Positions 10,249 through 22,143 of a stretch of DNA of 64,000 nucleotides are shown one piece after another. Position 1 is the stretch's first letter, and the number at the start of each line of letters is the position of its first letter. The position numbers were made by a program, and so were the translations under genes. The stretch covers positions 16,424 to 80,423 of the forward strand of contig JAKQPS010000120.1 in the NCBI GenBank assembly GCA_029564595.1, read 5' to 3'. Source of the stretch: a bacterium (lineage in GTDB: Bacteria; UBP15; UBA6099). The notes under the pieces are model-generated. The model was not told the DNA's origin, did not search any database, and was given only the letters and a program-made list of their open reading frames with translations.

Positions 10249-11343
10249 ATGGACATTAAAAAACTCGTTCTCCCGCATCTTTTCGAAATCAAACCATACG
10301 TACCCGGAAAGCCCATACAGGAGGTTCAGCGCGAACTTGGCATAGACGACGTTCTGAAGCTGGCGTCGAACGAGAACACCATAGGCCCTTCGCCGAAAGC
10401 GGTCGAGGCTATCCGCGCAGCGGCGGCGGGCGTGAACTTCTACCCCGACGGCGGATGCTACTACCTGAAAGAAAAACTGAGCGCGAAACTGGGCGTCGGA
10501 TCCGACAGCGTAGTGGTCGGAAGCGGCATAGACGAGTTGCTGCGCATACTTTGCGTGTCCTGCCTCGGCCCGAAAGACGAAGTAATTTTCGCCGACCCCT
10601 CGTTCGTGATGTATAAAATCTCCGCAATGGTGGCGGACGCCACTCTGATATCCGTGCCATGCAAAGACAGATACTACCACGACATCCCCGCCATGCTCGA
10701 CCGCGTGACGGACAGAACCAAGCTTTTCTTTCTGTGCAACCCGAACAATCCGACCGGGACGATAGTGAAGAAGGCGGACGTCGAGCTTCTCATGAGCAAG
10801 ATTCCGGAACATGTCCTTGTGGTGTTCGACGAAGCTTACTACGAATACGCTTCCGACCCTGATTATCCACAGACGATGGAGTATTTCAAATCGGGGCGCG
10901 ATGTCGTAATCTTCAGGACGTTCTCGAAGGTGTACGGCCTTGCCGGGCTGCGCGCCGGATACGGAATCATGAGCGAGGAACTGGCGGGCGTGTTCCACCG
11001 CGTGAGGAATCCGTTCAACGTCAACGAGCTTGCTCAGGTCGCGGCTCTGGCCGCGCTCGACGACGACGAGCATGTCAAACGCGTGGTTGAAGCAAACGCG
11101 GCGGGAAGAAAACAGTTCTACGCCGCTTTCGACGCCATGGGCCTCGAATACGCGCCGTCCGACGCCAACTTCGTTCTGGTCGACATCAAGCGCGACTCGG
11201 AAGAGATATTCAACGCGCTCCTGAAAAAAGGAGTTATCGTGCGACCCGGCAGGTTCCTCGGATTCCCGACCGGATTGCGAGTTTCGGTGTCCGATGAAAA
11301 GGCCAACGCGCGGTTCATCGCGGCTCTGAAGGAAGTCCTTTGA
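10249..11343 (+). CDS. hisC: Histidinol-phosphate aminotransferase
   Basis: 364 aa; class II aminotransferase motifs LASNENTIGPSP, CNPNNPTG, and PLP-lysine context RTFSKVYGLAGLRAGY. Confidence 0.9.
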   Translation: MDIKKLVLPHLFEIKPYVPGKPIQEVQRELGIDDVLKLASNENTIGPSPKAVEAIRAAAAGVNFYPDGGCYYLKEKLSAKLGVGSDSVVVGSGIDELLRILCVSCLGPKDEVIFADPSFVMYKISAMVADATLISVPCKDRYYHDIPAMLDRVTDRTKLFFLCNPNNPTGTIVKKADVELLMSKIPEHVLVVFDEAYYEYASDPDYPQTMEYFKSGRDVVIFRTFSKVYGLAGLRAGYGIMSEELAGVFHRVRNPFNVNELAQVAALAALDDDEHVKRVVEANAAGRKQFYAAFDAMGLEYAPSDANFVLVDIKRDSEEIFNALLKKGVIVRPGRFLGFPTGLRVSVSDEKANARFIAALKEVL

Positions 11344-12053
11344 TGAGCGGCAAGAAAAACATATCGGTCGCGATAGACGGTCCGGCTGGAGCCGGGAAGA
11401 GCACGATCGCCAAGCTGGTGGCGCGAGCCTTCGGTCTGGAATACGCGGACACCGGGGCGATGTACCGTGGCGTGGCTCTTGTGGCGCGGCGCGCGGGCGT
11501 CGCCGCGGACGACGAGGCGGCTCTTTCCCGCATCGCATCGGAAGCCGTATTCTCATTCGAGGCCGTCGAGCGCGGCGGCTCCCTCGTCAACCGCGTCTTC
11601 ATCAACGGCGAGGAAGTCACGGACGCCATCCGCGAGCCTGAAATCTCTTCGACGGCCTCGACGGTGTCCGCGCTCAGCGGAGTGCGGGCCGCTCTGGTTG
11701 CCAAACAGAAACAAATGGGGGCCGCTGGCGGCGTCGCCATGGAAGGCCGCGACATCGGAAGCGTCGTCCTGCCGGACGCCGAGGTCAAGATTTTCCTCAC
11801 TGCGTCCCCCGAAGCCCGCGCCCGCCGCAGGCATCTTGAACTGCTCGCCGCAGGAAAATCCGCGGATTACGACACTGTCCTCAAAGAGATATCCGAGCGC
11901 GACCAGCGCGACGCCACCCGCGCCGACTCTCCCCTCAAACAAGCCGACGACGCGGCGCTGGTGGATACGGACAACCTGTCCATCGAGCAGGTCGTCTCTC
12001 ATATCTGCGATATTGTGACGGAAAAAACGGGCCGACGGCCCCTTACGGCTTGA
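11340..12053 (+). CDS. cmk: Cytidylate kinase
   Basis: 237 aa; P-loop IAIDGPAGAGKST and MEGRDIGSVV motif; start overlaps hisC stop (ATGA). Confidence 0.85.
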   Translation: MMSGKKNISVAIDGPAGAGKSTIAKLVARAFGLEYADTGAMYRGVALVARRAGVAADDEAALSRIASEAVFSFEAVERGGSLVNRVFINGEEVTDAIREPEISSTASTVSALSGVRAALVAKQKQMGAAGGVAMEGRDIGSVVLPDAEVKIFLTASPEARARRRHLELLAAGKSADYDTVLKEISERDQRDATRADSPLKQADDAALVDTDNLSIEQVVSHICDIVTEKTGRRPLTA

Positions 12054-12918
12054 TTCCCAGCAAACGCTTTATCGGAGAGGCCTTCTTCATCGCCTTCGCC
12101 TCCCGCGTGTTCTCCTCGCAGAATTCCAGATGCCTCGACTTGAATTCGCGCAAAGACGCGTTTTCCTTCTTCAACACTTCGACGGACTTCCTGATTTCCT
12201 CGACCGCGTTCTCTTTCTGAGAAAGCTTGGCGCGGACAACCCGCAATTCTTCCTTCACGCGCGCCACATCCGCCGCCGAGTCTCCGCTTTCCGCGATCTT
12301 ATCTATTCTTTCCTCTATCGAGGCTAGTTGTTTTTTTATCTGTTCAAGGGACTCCCTGTCCTTGCCCGCCGAAGCGTTCATGGCGGCCGCAAGAGAGCCT
12401 AACGCCCTGCTGATGTTCTCGCGCAACTGCCTGTTTTCGGCGCGAGCCTCTTCCCTCACCGTCTCGACCGCCTTCAGCATCTGAAGCGCGATCGCATTCA
12501 CCACCATCGTCTGCTTCTCGTTCATGGCGAGGAACTTCGCCATGAGATTCCCGCCATTGCCCGCCGCCGCAGCCTTCGCGTCTGGCGCGGCCGCCCTGCT
12601 CCGCTCAACTTCCAGCGCGCCGGTCTCAAGCGGCATCGTCGTCTGCGCCGGAACCCCGCCTTTCGGCGTCGCGTCTATCGGATACTTCTCGGCCAGCTTC
12701 TCCGTTATCGCGTCCCACGGCAGGTGCTGCTCCTCGCGCATATCCCGGATGTCCTTCAGGATATCCACCGCTTCCGCTCTGTACCTGCGCGAGCGGCCCG
12801 TCCCGACTCCGGGTATGAAATCGCTGAACAACTCCCTGTATTTCCTCAGCGAGCTTTCAGGCACGTCCAACTGCTTGGCTATATCTTTCAATGTCATCAA
12901 TCGCGACAAGTTATTCAC
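12043..12918 (-). CDS. MerR-like HTH DNA-binding protein with long coiled-coil C-terminal region
   Basis: 291 aa; N-terminal MTLKDIAKQLDVPESSLRKYRE helix-turn-helix; C-terminal heptad-rich region. Confidence 0.6.
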   Translation of the reverse strand: MNNLSRLMTLKDIAKQLDVPESSLRKYRELFSDFIPGVGTGRSRRYRAEAVDILKDIRDMREEQHLPWDAITEKLAEKYPIDATPKGGVPAQTTMPLETGALEVERSRAAAPDAKAAAAGNGGNLMAKFLAMNEKQTMVVNAIALQMLKAVETVREEARAENRQLRENISRALGSLAAAMNASAGKDRESLEQIKKQLASIEERIDKIAESGDSAADVARVKEELRVVRAKLSQKENAVEEIRKSVEVLKKENASLREFKSRHLEFCEENTREAKAMKKASPIKRLLGIKP

Positions 12919-13063
12919 CCGACCAGAACCTGTTTCGCATCAATCAGGACTTCCCTTTGACTGAATGCGCATAATATATCATACGGCATATACACTGTCA
13001 AAATATCAGTAGAGTAATTTTTTTGTGTAAGTGTATATTGACTTTTCAATTTATTGGCGGTAA

Positions 13064-14401
13064 TCAGCCCGGCGCCGGAGAGTCGTTCGCCGCATCCTGT
13101 TTCTGCTTCAGCGGCCGCAGGCCGATGAAAGCGGCCAGCGCGCAGACTCCCAGTATCGCCGCGCAAGCGCCGAACGGCGCGTAGCGGCCCGCGAGATTGT
13201 ACGTGTTCTCCGCGATTGTTATCTCGATTTTCAGCCCGTCGCCATATAGCACCGGACCAAGGAAAAGGCCGATCGCCGCCCCGGCTCCCTGAAACGCCGT
13301 TACCACGCCCAGAACAGCCCCGCGAAGCCCCGCCCACTCGCCGCGCGTCACCAGCGCCATCCACGCCGGCGCGCCCACAACAAACGCCAGCCCGTACCCC
13401 GCAGCCGCCACCCCCAGCGTCCACGGCTCCCTCACAATCGCCATCAGCCCGAGACATACCGCGGAGATGGACATCGACACTTTTACCGCCGCCTCCCTGC
13501 CCGCGACGTCCGCCAAGCGGCCCGCAGGCAGCGCCAACAGCGCTATCCCCGCCCCCGCCAGCGGGATCACGTACCACAAATCCTTCTCCTCCCATCCAAG
13601 CTCGTCGAATAGGAAGAAGAACGTCGTGTGCGTCACCATGCTCGTGCCCATCATCTGCATGAACGCGATGAAAATCAGAGTGGCGAGCTGTCCCAGAACC
13701 GGCCAGTCCGTCAGCAGTTTCTTCAGGTTCTGCGCCATCGTAGCCGGGTCGGCGGCGCGCGCCCGCGCGTCAACGCCCGCTTTCACCGCCCTGCATATCC
13801 TCTTCGACGACCACACCGTCAGAACCATCGCGCACACCATCAGCAGGCTCATAGTCGCGAACACGTGCTCATAGTCGCCGAACGTCGCTTTAATCAGCGG
13901 GGCCAGAGTGAACCCTATGCCGAGGCTGCACAACATGCAGATGGTAAAAACGCTCATCGCGGTTGCGCGGTGTTTCTCGTCCGTCGCGTCCGCGAACAGG
14001 GCGATAATCGCCGGCCACAGCGCGGCGGCCCCCGCCCCGTCTATCAGCCTCAGCGCCAGAAACGCTCCCGGCCCCTGCGCCTTGGCGTAAAAAAACGGCG
14101 TCACCATCCCCACCGCTAAGCTCAGCATCACAAGATTCGTCCGCTTCACCCGGTCGCCCAGCCCGCCCGTGATCGGCTTCAGCGCCGTCTCAGACAACAC
14201 GAACCCAGACTGCGCCGCCCCGGCCAGCACCTTCGACCATCCCCTGCCCGCAAACAACAGCGGAACCAACGGGATCATCATCTTATAGCAAAGGTCCGCC
14301 GACAGCGTCACCGCCGCAAGCAGCAACACCACCGGATACCTTCGGAAAAATTCCCTTATCGATATCCTCGCCTCGTTGTCCGCTCCCCGTTCCGTAAACA
14401 T
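13064..14401 (-). CDS. MFS transporter
   Basis: 445 aa with about 12 hydrophobic segments; motif GGLGDRVKR in the TM2-3 loop position typical of major facilitator superfamily. Confidence 0.8.
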   Translation of the reverse strand: MFTERGADNEARISIREFFRRYPVVLLLAAVTLSADLCYKMMIPLVPLLFAGRGWSKVLAGAAQSGFVLSETALKPITGGLGDRVKRTNLVMLSLAVGMVTPFFYAKAQGPGAFLALRLIDGAGAAALWPAIIALFADATDEKHRATAMSVFTICMLCSLGIGFTLAPLIKATFGDYEHVFATMSLLMVCAMVLTVWSSKRICRAVKAGVDARARAADPATMAQNLKKLLTDWPVLGQLATLIFIAFMQMMGTSMVTHTTFFFLFDELGWEEKDLWYVIPLAGAGIALLALPAGRLADVAGREAAVKVSMSISAVCLGLMAIVREPWTLGVAAAGYGLAFVVGAPAWMALVTRGEWAGLRGAVLGVVTAFQGAGAAIGLFLGPVLYGDGLKIEITIAENTYNLAGRYAPFGACAAILGVCALAAFIGLRPLKQKQDAANDSPAPG

Positions 14402-14527
14402 CCTCGTATCGCTCCCTTATAAAACGCCCGTTTTTTTATCAGCATTGAAAAAATGCGCTTCATGTTTTTCTCCGCTGCCAAAAACATCCCTGAGTATCGC
14501 GCAAACTAAGTGATTGAAACTGCACAA

Positions 14528-14614
14528 TTTGGAGTGCGGCGATTCATCGCCTTTATTTTGATAAGCGACTGAAGTCGCTTATATGAAAGCGACAATGAAT
14601 TGTCGCACTCCAAA
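14528..14614. repeat. Nested palindrome cluster: 20-bp inverted repeat arms (2 mismatches) enclosing perfect palindromes ATAAGCGACT-GA-AGTCGCTTAT and GCGACAAT-GA-ATTGTCGC
   Basis: Read directly: arms TTTGGAGTGCGGCGATTCAT (14528-14547) and ATGAATTGTCGCACTCCAAA (14595-14614); inner palindromes at 14561-14582 and 14589-14606. Confidence 0.6.
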
Positions 14615-14677
14615 GCAAAACAAACATAAACCCTTCTTCACATATGCAATATTTTCAACTGCGCGACTGCCTGTGTT

Positions 14678-15541
14678 TCATTGGTAGTCATGAAAATATT
14701 GATGCATTCTTTCCCTAATACTTATGCATTGCTGACACAAACCATCCGCTTGTTTTCCATCAACTTCAACTATGGCTGCTCCTGATAAAAGTATTAATGT
14801 CATCAAATCGAGCGTGTTCTTTATCGCACGGATATGCATTCTTGGAATGGGGTCTATATTCACCAGTCGAACATCTCCGCTTTCATAGATAAACAAATCA
14901 TCCGGCCCTCTTTTGCCATGTGTGATCATGCAGAAATCACGATACGATTTTTTATATTCATTTCTGAAGTGGCCAGAATTGTGCTTGGCATCGATTCTAT
15001 CGCATTCTTGTTGATAATTTAATTGATTCCCGAGCGCTTTTACTCTTTCTTTGCTGCTGGAAGTTAAATCTGCAGATTCAATTTCTCTTTCAAGTCCAGA
15101 CTTCATTTCTCCTAGTTCGTTCAGGTAGTCAGCATAATCTTTAGAGTAATATTCGTAGATTTTTTTGTGTTCATTTATCTCATTTAGTCGAAAACCAAAT
15201 GCCGCTTCTATTGGCTCATCTTTTAATATTAGAATTCGTATCCAACACTCCCATAATGTTCGAATTATTATGTATGCGGAATCAGGATATCCTGACAAAG
15301 ATATTTTTAACGCAGCAACACAATGTCTGAAAGACCTTGCTAGCACAGGAACAAGAACTTCGTCATGAATAATGCTTTTATTCGGATACTCGATTTCTGT
15401 TTTTATTATCCCAAATAGAATCTTTTCGCATTCTTCTAAAAGTTCCAAAACACCCTTAATCTGTATGATGTTCTCTTCGTGCTTGTCATTCATTGCTTTA
15501 TTAAAACGTAACCAACCCACATGTTCGTCAAGAATTTCCAT
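14678..15541 (-). CDS. Hypothetical protein in AT-rich island; possible HEPN-like Rx6H motif
   Basis: Start chosen at ATG 15541 (MEILDEH, AAGGG upstream) rather than the GTG at 15637. Strongly AT-rich codon usage unlike neighbours. RDFCMITH near C-terminus fits R-x(4-6)-H. No family recognised. Confidence 0.5.
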   Translation of the reverse strand: MEILDEHVGWLRFNKAMNDKHEENIIQIKGVLELLEECEKILFGIIKTEIEYPNKSIIHDEVLVPVLARSFRHCVAALKISLSGYPDSAYIIIRTLWECWIRILILKDEPIEAAFGFRLNEINEHKKIYEYYSKDYADYLNELGEMKSGLEREIESADLTSSSKERVKALGNQLNYQQECDRIDAKHNSGHFRNEYKKSYRDFCMITHGKRGPDDLFIYESGDVRLVNIDPIPRMHIRAIKNTLDLMTLILLSGAAIVEVDGKQADGLCQQCISIRERMHQYFHDYQ

Positions 15542-15828
15542 GTCTGAACCCTTTTTATTCAAACATTTACACATAATCAGTTTTCTGCATTTCGTCAGAA
15601 CCATATAATTCTTTCTTTCTATAACCCTCATTGCCACGCGAACACGATTCTTATTATAGCGCCGACAAATCTAATAGTAAGCTTTGCCTAATTACTCGCC
15701 CGTTAAGATTATGTGAAAAATGGCGCTGTAAACGGAGGCGGTTTCATGTTATGATTCCACGAAAGCACAACCGTCGGCGCCGGGGTCTTTTGGCAACCGG
15801 GACGCGGCGGACATCGCGGAGGCGAACC

Positions 15829-16824
15829 ATGAAATGCTCCACATGCGGAACCAACCTCGAACCGGGCGACGCGTTTTGCCCTGAATGCGGAACAAAAGCG
15901 GCTCCCGCGCAGGCGGCCGCCAAACCCGCCGCGCCTCCGCCTCCGCAGCATCCTAAACAACCTGCCGCCGCAGCGCCGCCTCCGCAATATCCTAAACAGC
16001 CCGCAGCCGCCGAAGACGAGGAAATCCTCCCCGGCAAAAAGAAAAAAGAAAAGAAAGAAAAAAAACAGAAACTTCCTAAAGAGCCTAAAACGCCCAAAGC
16101 TCCGCGCGCGCCTAAGGCTCCGAAAGACCCGAACGCGAAGAAGAAACCAGTCGTACTGTTGATCGTGTTGCTGGTCGTCGCGGCCGGCGCGGCGGCATTT
16201 ATGACATTCGGCAATAAACCCTCCGAACCGCCCATGCCCATGCCCAACAGCGCCGTCCGCCCCGCCGCTCAGCGCCCTGCTTCCGCCCCTGCCGCCCGCG
16301 TTCCCAGAACTGGCGACATTCAGGAGCCCGGCGTGGACAAGTTCGCCGCCCGCATATGCCGCAACTCAATGTCAGACGTGAAAGCTGTGGACGACCTTAC
16401 CAGCTTCGAGTTCATCGCTAGAATATCCGCCGATCCCGCCGCTCTCGCGGCCAAGAAAATCGACATGAGGGACTACGTTTCCGCCGCCGCAGACGCGGTC
16501 CGCGCGGACATCGAGAAACAGGGAATGAAGCCCTGCGAAAGCTGCAACGTCGCCCTCGCCAAAGAGATGGAATGCGGACAAGTCCTCGGCGCGCTCGGCT
16601 CCGTTCTCGTCAAAGAAAACCTGCTGAAAAACACGCCCGAGATTCGGCCCGCCGCCGCCGAAACCGGCGTGGCGAACTGCGGCGTGTTCGTGCTCGAACA
16701 GAAATGGCCCGGCGCGGCTTCGCCCTCTCAGGTCGCCTATTTCACAGGCGAAATCAACGGCAGGCGGTCAATACTCTTCTACGCCGCCACCAGCCATTTC
16801 GCCTCTGAAATCGCGTCTCAATAG
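15829..16824 (+). CDS. Zinc-ribbon domain membrane protein with Pro-rich repeats
   Basis: Start chosen at ATG 15829 (GGAGG 8 nt upstream): MKCSTCGTNLEPGDAFCPECG zinc ribbon; duplicated PPPQHPKQPAAA; Lys-rich spacer; single TM VVLLIVLLVVAAGAAAF; extracytoplasmic domain. Confidence 0.6.
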   Translation: MKCSTCGTNLEPGDAFCPECGTKAAPAQAAAKPAAPPPPQHPKQPAAAAPPPQYPKQPAAAEDEEILPGKKKKEKKEKKQKLPKEPKTPKAPRAPKAPKDPNAKKKPVVLLIVLLVVAAGAAAFMTFGNKPSEPPMPMPNSAVRPAAQRPASAPAARVPRTGDIQEPGVDKFAARICRNSMSDVKAVDDLTSFEFIARISADPAALAAKKIDMRDYVSAAADAVRADIEKQGMKPCESCNVALAKEMECGQVLGALGSVLVKENLLKNTPEIRPAAAETGVANCGVFVLEQKWPGAASPSQVAYFTGEINGRRSILFYAATSHFASEIASQ

Positions 16825-17086
16825 ATGGAATAGGAATTAGCCAAAGAGTAACTTTTTTCAAGTTTCTCTTTGATCCTCTTTGAATATTTAAATATCGATG
16901 GGAGACAATCGCAGTCGCGATTCTCTCCCGTTGGGCGAATCAGAGGGCGATTCGTGAATCCGCCCTTGCATTCCTGCTTTGCCACCCCGTCCGTACGCCC
17001 CGCCGGGTCGCCCCCACAATCCGCATTCTTCTCGCGTTTTCTACCAATTAACATAAACCTACCTCCATAATAATAATCATAAATAG

Positions 17087-17124
17087 GCGTCACGGGGAAA
17101 CTTGTTTGCGCGTGACGTTTTTTT
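17087..17124 (+). terminator. Rho-independent terminator (GCGTCACG stem, loop, CGTGACG + T7)
   Basis: Hairpin followed by TTTTTTT read directly at 17118-17124. Confidence 0.6.
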
Positions 17125-17367
17125 GTGGAACAGCCTCCCAAACAAGTTCCTCTCTATACCTAATACCAGCAAAATAATGCGGCAATTTTGACTGTGAGGT
17201 GAATCGCCGTAGTTGAAAGCGCTCGAAATGCGGCGCGCGTGTTATCAGCGCAAATATTTTTTTTGGACGCCAGCGTCCGCTTTTCGTAAAAGACGGGCAA
17301 TATTCACCGATAAATCTCCGAGCTTATAAAAGATTTTTCACGCGGCTGAAAAAATAGTTTAAGCTTC

Positions 17368-19306
<1,939 letters not shown>

Positions 19307-19420
19307 TCTGTAATGACGCGAATATACGGCGGTGAGGGCGGGAAGTTGATTCCCGCCCTCTATTACCGCCTCCGCGTCCGGACATCTTGCGGCATCGAAT
19401 GGAGAGAGGCGGCTTAAGGC

Positions 19421-20062
19421 ATGAAAATTCCAATACAAGACGGCAATAGTTCGAAGCGCCCGGAACGGGAGCGCGACGGCGATGTTGCCGGGCAACAAAG
19501 CTCCCAAGGCGCTCCTGCTCCCGAACCGGCCCCGGAACCGGCCGACGCTCCGCGCGCGGATTCTCCGGACGCTCTGGCGCAGGCTCGCGAGAAAATCGCC
19601 GAACTGGAAAAAACCCGCGCCGAATACCTTGACATGCTCCAGCGCATGAAGGCCGAGTTCGAGAATTACAAGCGCAGAACGACGAAGGAAAAGGCGGACG
19701 CGCTCAAGTACGGTCACTCCCGAATGGCGGAAAGGCTGCTTCCCGTGCTGGACAACCTTCAGCGCGGCTTGAAGTTTGCGGCAGGCGGCGAAGCGGACGC
19801 GAAAATTCTTGAAGGCATGTCCCTCGTAGAGCGGCAGATGATCGACGTCCTCGCGGAGTTCAACGTTGTTCCCTTCGACTCTGTCGGCGAGTTCTTCGAC
19901 CCGAACATCCACGAGGCCCTCTACACTGTCGATTCGCCCGACGTCGAGGACAGCCGGATAACCGAGGAAATTGAGAAGGGGTTCAGGATAGACGAAAAGC
20001 TGCTTCGGCCCGCCAAAGTGGTCGTGTGCAGAAAACAACAGCCGCCGCAACTTTCGGACTGA
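19421..20062 (+). CDS. grpE: Nucleotide exchange factor GrpE
   Basis: 213 aa; coiled-coil AELEKTRAEYLDMLQRMKAEFENYKRR and C-terminal GrpE domain (FDPNIHEAL). Confidence 0.9.
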   Translation: MKIPIQDGNSSKRPERERDGDVAGQQSSQGAPAPEPAPEPADAPRADSPDALAQAREKIAELEKTRAEYLDMLQRMKAEFENYKRRTTKEKADALKYGHSRMAERLLPVLDNLQRGLKFAAGGEADAKILEGMSLVERQMIDVLAEFNVVPFDSVGEFFDPNIHEALYTVDSPDVEDSRITEEIEKGFRIDEKLLRPAKVVVCRKQQPPQLSD

Positions 20063-20139
20063 TGTTCAGGCGCTGTTCAGTCAGGATATAATTTGATGAG
20101 AAGTGTCCGCCGGAACACACGGCGGCGAGGCGGCGAGCA

Positions 20140-21264
20140 ATGGCTCAGGACTTCTATAAAATACTCGAAGTCGAAAAGAACGCGACGGAGGCCGACATCA
20201 AAAAGGCCTACCGGAGGCTCGCGCGCAAACACCACCCGGACGTCAACCCGAACGACCCACAGGCGGAAAAGAAATTCAAGGACATCAGCGAGGCATACCA
20301 GACGCTTAGCGACCCGAAGAAGCGGCAGGAGTACGACGCGTACGGCCCCGGCGGATTTCAGGGCGGGCAAGGGTTCCCCCCCGGCGGCGGCGGATACGAA
20401 TACCAACAGGGCGGATTCGATTTCGGAGGCGGGGGCGGCGGATTCGGCGACATATTCGAGACGCTGTTCGGAGGAGGGCGCGGCGGCGGCGCGGCGTCCC
20501 ACTTCAGGCGGCCCGCTCGCGGCGAGGACATCCATCTCTCTCTGGCAATCTCATTCGACGAAGCTTTCAAGGGCGTCGAAAAGGATATCTCGTTTCAGGG
20601 GTTCGACGCGTGCGGCAACTGCGGCGGCTCAGGCTCCGCGCCCGGCTCGGCCCCCGGCCCCTGCCCCGCCTGCGGCGGCTCAGGACAAGCGAAAATCGGT
20701 CGCGGCATGTTCAACATCTCCCAGCCCTGCCGCGCGTGCGGCGGCTCAGGCATGACCTCCGGCCCGTCCTGCGGCAAATGCGGCGGCTCCGGCAGCGTCC
20801 CGGCCATCAAACGCATGTCCGTGAAAATCCCGGCGGGCGTCGATAACGGCTCGAAAATCCGAATCCCCGGCAAAGGCAGGCCCGGCGCCGCCGGCCAACC
20901 CGCCGGCGACCTCTACATCATCACTCAGGTCTCCCCCCACAGCCTCTTCGAGCGCAAAGGCAACAACCTTTACGTCGAACTGCCCGTCACCATAGTCGAA
21001 GCCGCGCTCGGAGCGCTGCTCGAAGTGCCCACCCCCGAAGGGAAATCGTCCATCAAGATTCCCGAAGGCACGGACTCCGGCAAAACTTTCAGGCTCAGAG
21101 GCAAAGGATTCCCGTCGCTGCAAAACAAAGGGCGCGGCGACCTTTACGTTAAAATAAAAACGGCGACCCCCCGCAACCTGTCGAAAGCGGACAGGGAACT
21201 GCTGAGGAAATTTGCCGAATCGCACCCCGAAGATCCGAGGGCGGCGCTTTACGCCGGGCTGTGA
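20140..21264 (+). CDS. dnaJ: Molecular chaperone DnaJ
   Basis: J-domain with HPD (KHHPDVNP), Gly/Phe-rich linker, four CxxCxGxG zinc-finger repeats. Confidence 0.95.
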   Translation: MAQDFYKILEVEKNATEADIKKAYRRLARKHHPDVNPNDPQAEKKFKDISEAYQTLSDPKKRQEYDAYGPGGFQGGQGFPPGGGGYEYQQGGFDFGGGGGGFGDIFETLFGGGRGGGAASHFRRPARGEDIHLSLAISFDEAFKGVEKDISFQGFDACGNCGGSGSAPGSAPGPCPACGGSGQAKIGRGMFNISQPCRACGGSGMTSGPSCGKCGGSGSVPAIKRMSVKIPAGVDNGSKIRIPGKGRPGAAGQPAGDLYIITQVSPHSLFERKGNNLYVELPVTIVEAALGALLEVPTPEGKSSIKIPEGTDSGKTFRLRGKGFPSLQNKGRGDLYVKIKTATPRNLSKADRELLRKFAESHPEDPRAALYAGL

Positions 21265-21286
21265 CGCGCGGCGCCGGGAGACGGCC

Positions 21287-21709
21287 ATGGACATAGACAG
21301 AGACAAACCCGTTTACGTCATCAGCGTGGTGGCCGACATGCTCGGCGTGCCGCAACAGACCCTGCGCATATACGAGAAAGCCAGCCTCATCCGCCCCAGA
21401 CGCACTTCCCAGAACACCCGCCTCTACTCCCAGTCCGACGTCGAAAAACTCCAACGAATCATCAGGCTCCACCAAGACCTCGGCATCAACCTCGCCGGCA
21501 TCGAAGTCATCCTCCACATGCGCATGAAAATGGAGCGCATGCAGACCGAGTTCGAAGGCTTTGTCAAGTTCGCCCGCGAACGCATCGACTCCGACGCCTT
21601 CACCGCCCCCGACGAAAACTCCACCGACCTCGTCCCGCTCTCCGAACAAGGGGCGAACATCATGCGCATCATCGACATCCTCACCCGCGACGAACCTGAA
21701 AACCGATAA
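21287..21709 (+). CDS. hspR: MerR-family heat-shock repressor HspR
   Basis: Start at ATG 21287 (MDIDRDKPVYVISVVADMLGVPQQTLRIYE MerR-type HTH); follows dnaJ as in dnaK-grpE-dnaJ-hspR operons. Confidence 0.8.
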   Translation: MDIDRDKPVYVISVVADMLGVPQQTLRIYEKASLIRPRRTSQNTRLYSQSDVEKLQRIIRLHQDLGINLAGIEVILHMRMKMERMQTEFEGFVKFARERIDSDAFTAPDENSTDLVPLSEQGANIMRIIDILTRDEPENR

Positions 21710-21809
21710 CCCCAAGCCGGAACACTGAATTTCAACAGCGCCTCCGGCTTCCAAAGAGAAACTCGCTTAGCGCGCTCATCGCGGCGCGCTTCATCGCAAC
21801 GCGCTCATC

Positions 21810-21898
21810 GTTGCCAAGGTCTCCTTGGCAACGGGGGAGACGATGGCAATGAAAGCGGAGCTTTCGGTTTGTGCGATACCAAGGCGACCTTGGTATCG
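21810..21898. repeat. Twin hairpins sharing CCAAGG-N3-CCTTGG cores
   Basis: GTTGCCAAGG-TCT-CCTTGGCAAC (21810-21832) and CGATACCAAGG-CGA-CCTTGGTATCG (21874-21898) read directly in convergent intergenic region. Confidence 0.6.
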
Positions 21899-22101
21899 AT
21901 GTATAAAACCCGAATCCGCCTTTAGGATTTGAGAGCGAATCGCCTCCGCGCTTCCCCTCCCGACGACCCATACAAAATCATTTATGAATAAGATTCCACT
22001 GAAAAACCCTTATCCAACATCTTTTCACATGAGCGCGGCGGAGCGAAGGCGCGAACGCGCCCGCTTCGCCGCGCTCATTGAAACGTTTCAAAAGGGATTT
22101 T

Positions 22102-22131
22102 AAGGGAAAACTTTTTCAAAAGTTTTCCCTT
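22102..22131 (-). terminator. 13-bp perfect hairpin AAGGGAAAACTTT-TTCA-AAAGTTTTCCCTT, probable terminator of the oxidoreductase operon; member of a palindromic element family
   Basis: Immediately 3' of the stop at 22144; T-rich tract follows on the minus strand; core resembles GGGGAAA..TTTTTGCAAAAA..TTTCCCC elements near 26050 and 28850. Confidence 0.55.
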
Positions 22132-22143
22132 AACTCCCCGCCT

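Noticed and set aside
10198-11556. 452-aa minus-strand ORF overlapping hisC and cmk
   Set aside because: Antisense to two genes with clear catalytic motifs; Arg/Pro-rich translation without motifs.
16818-17141. 107-aa minus-strand ORF between the zinc-ribbon gene and dnaK
   Set aside because: Overlaps a plus-strand terminator hairpin, no RBS, no motif; likely non-coding.
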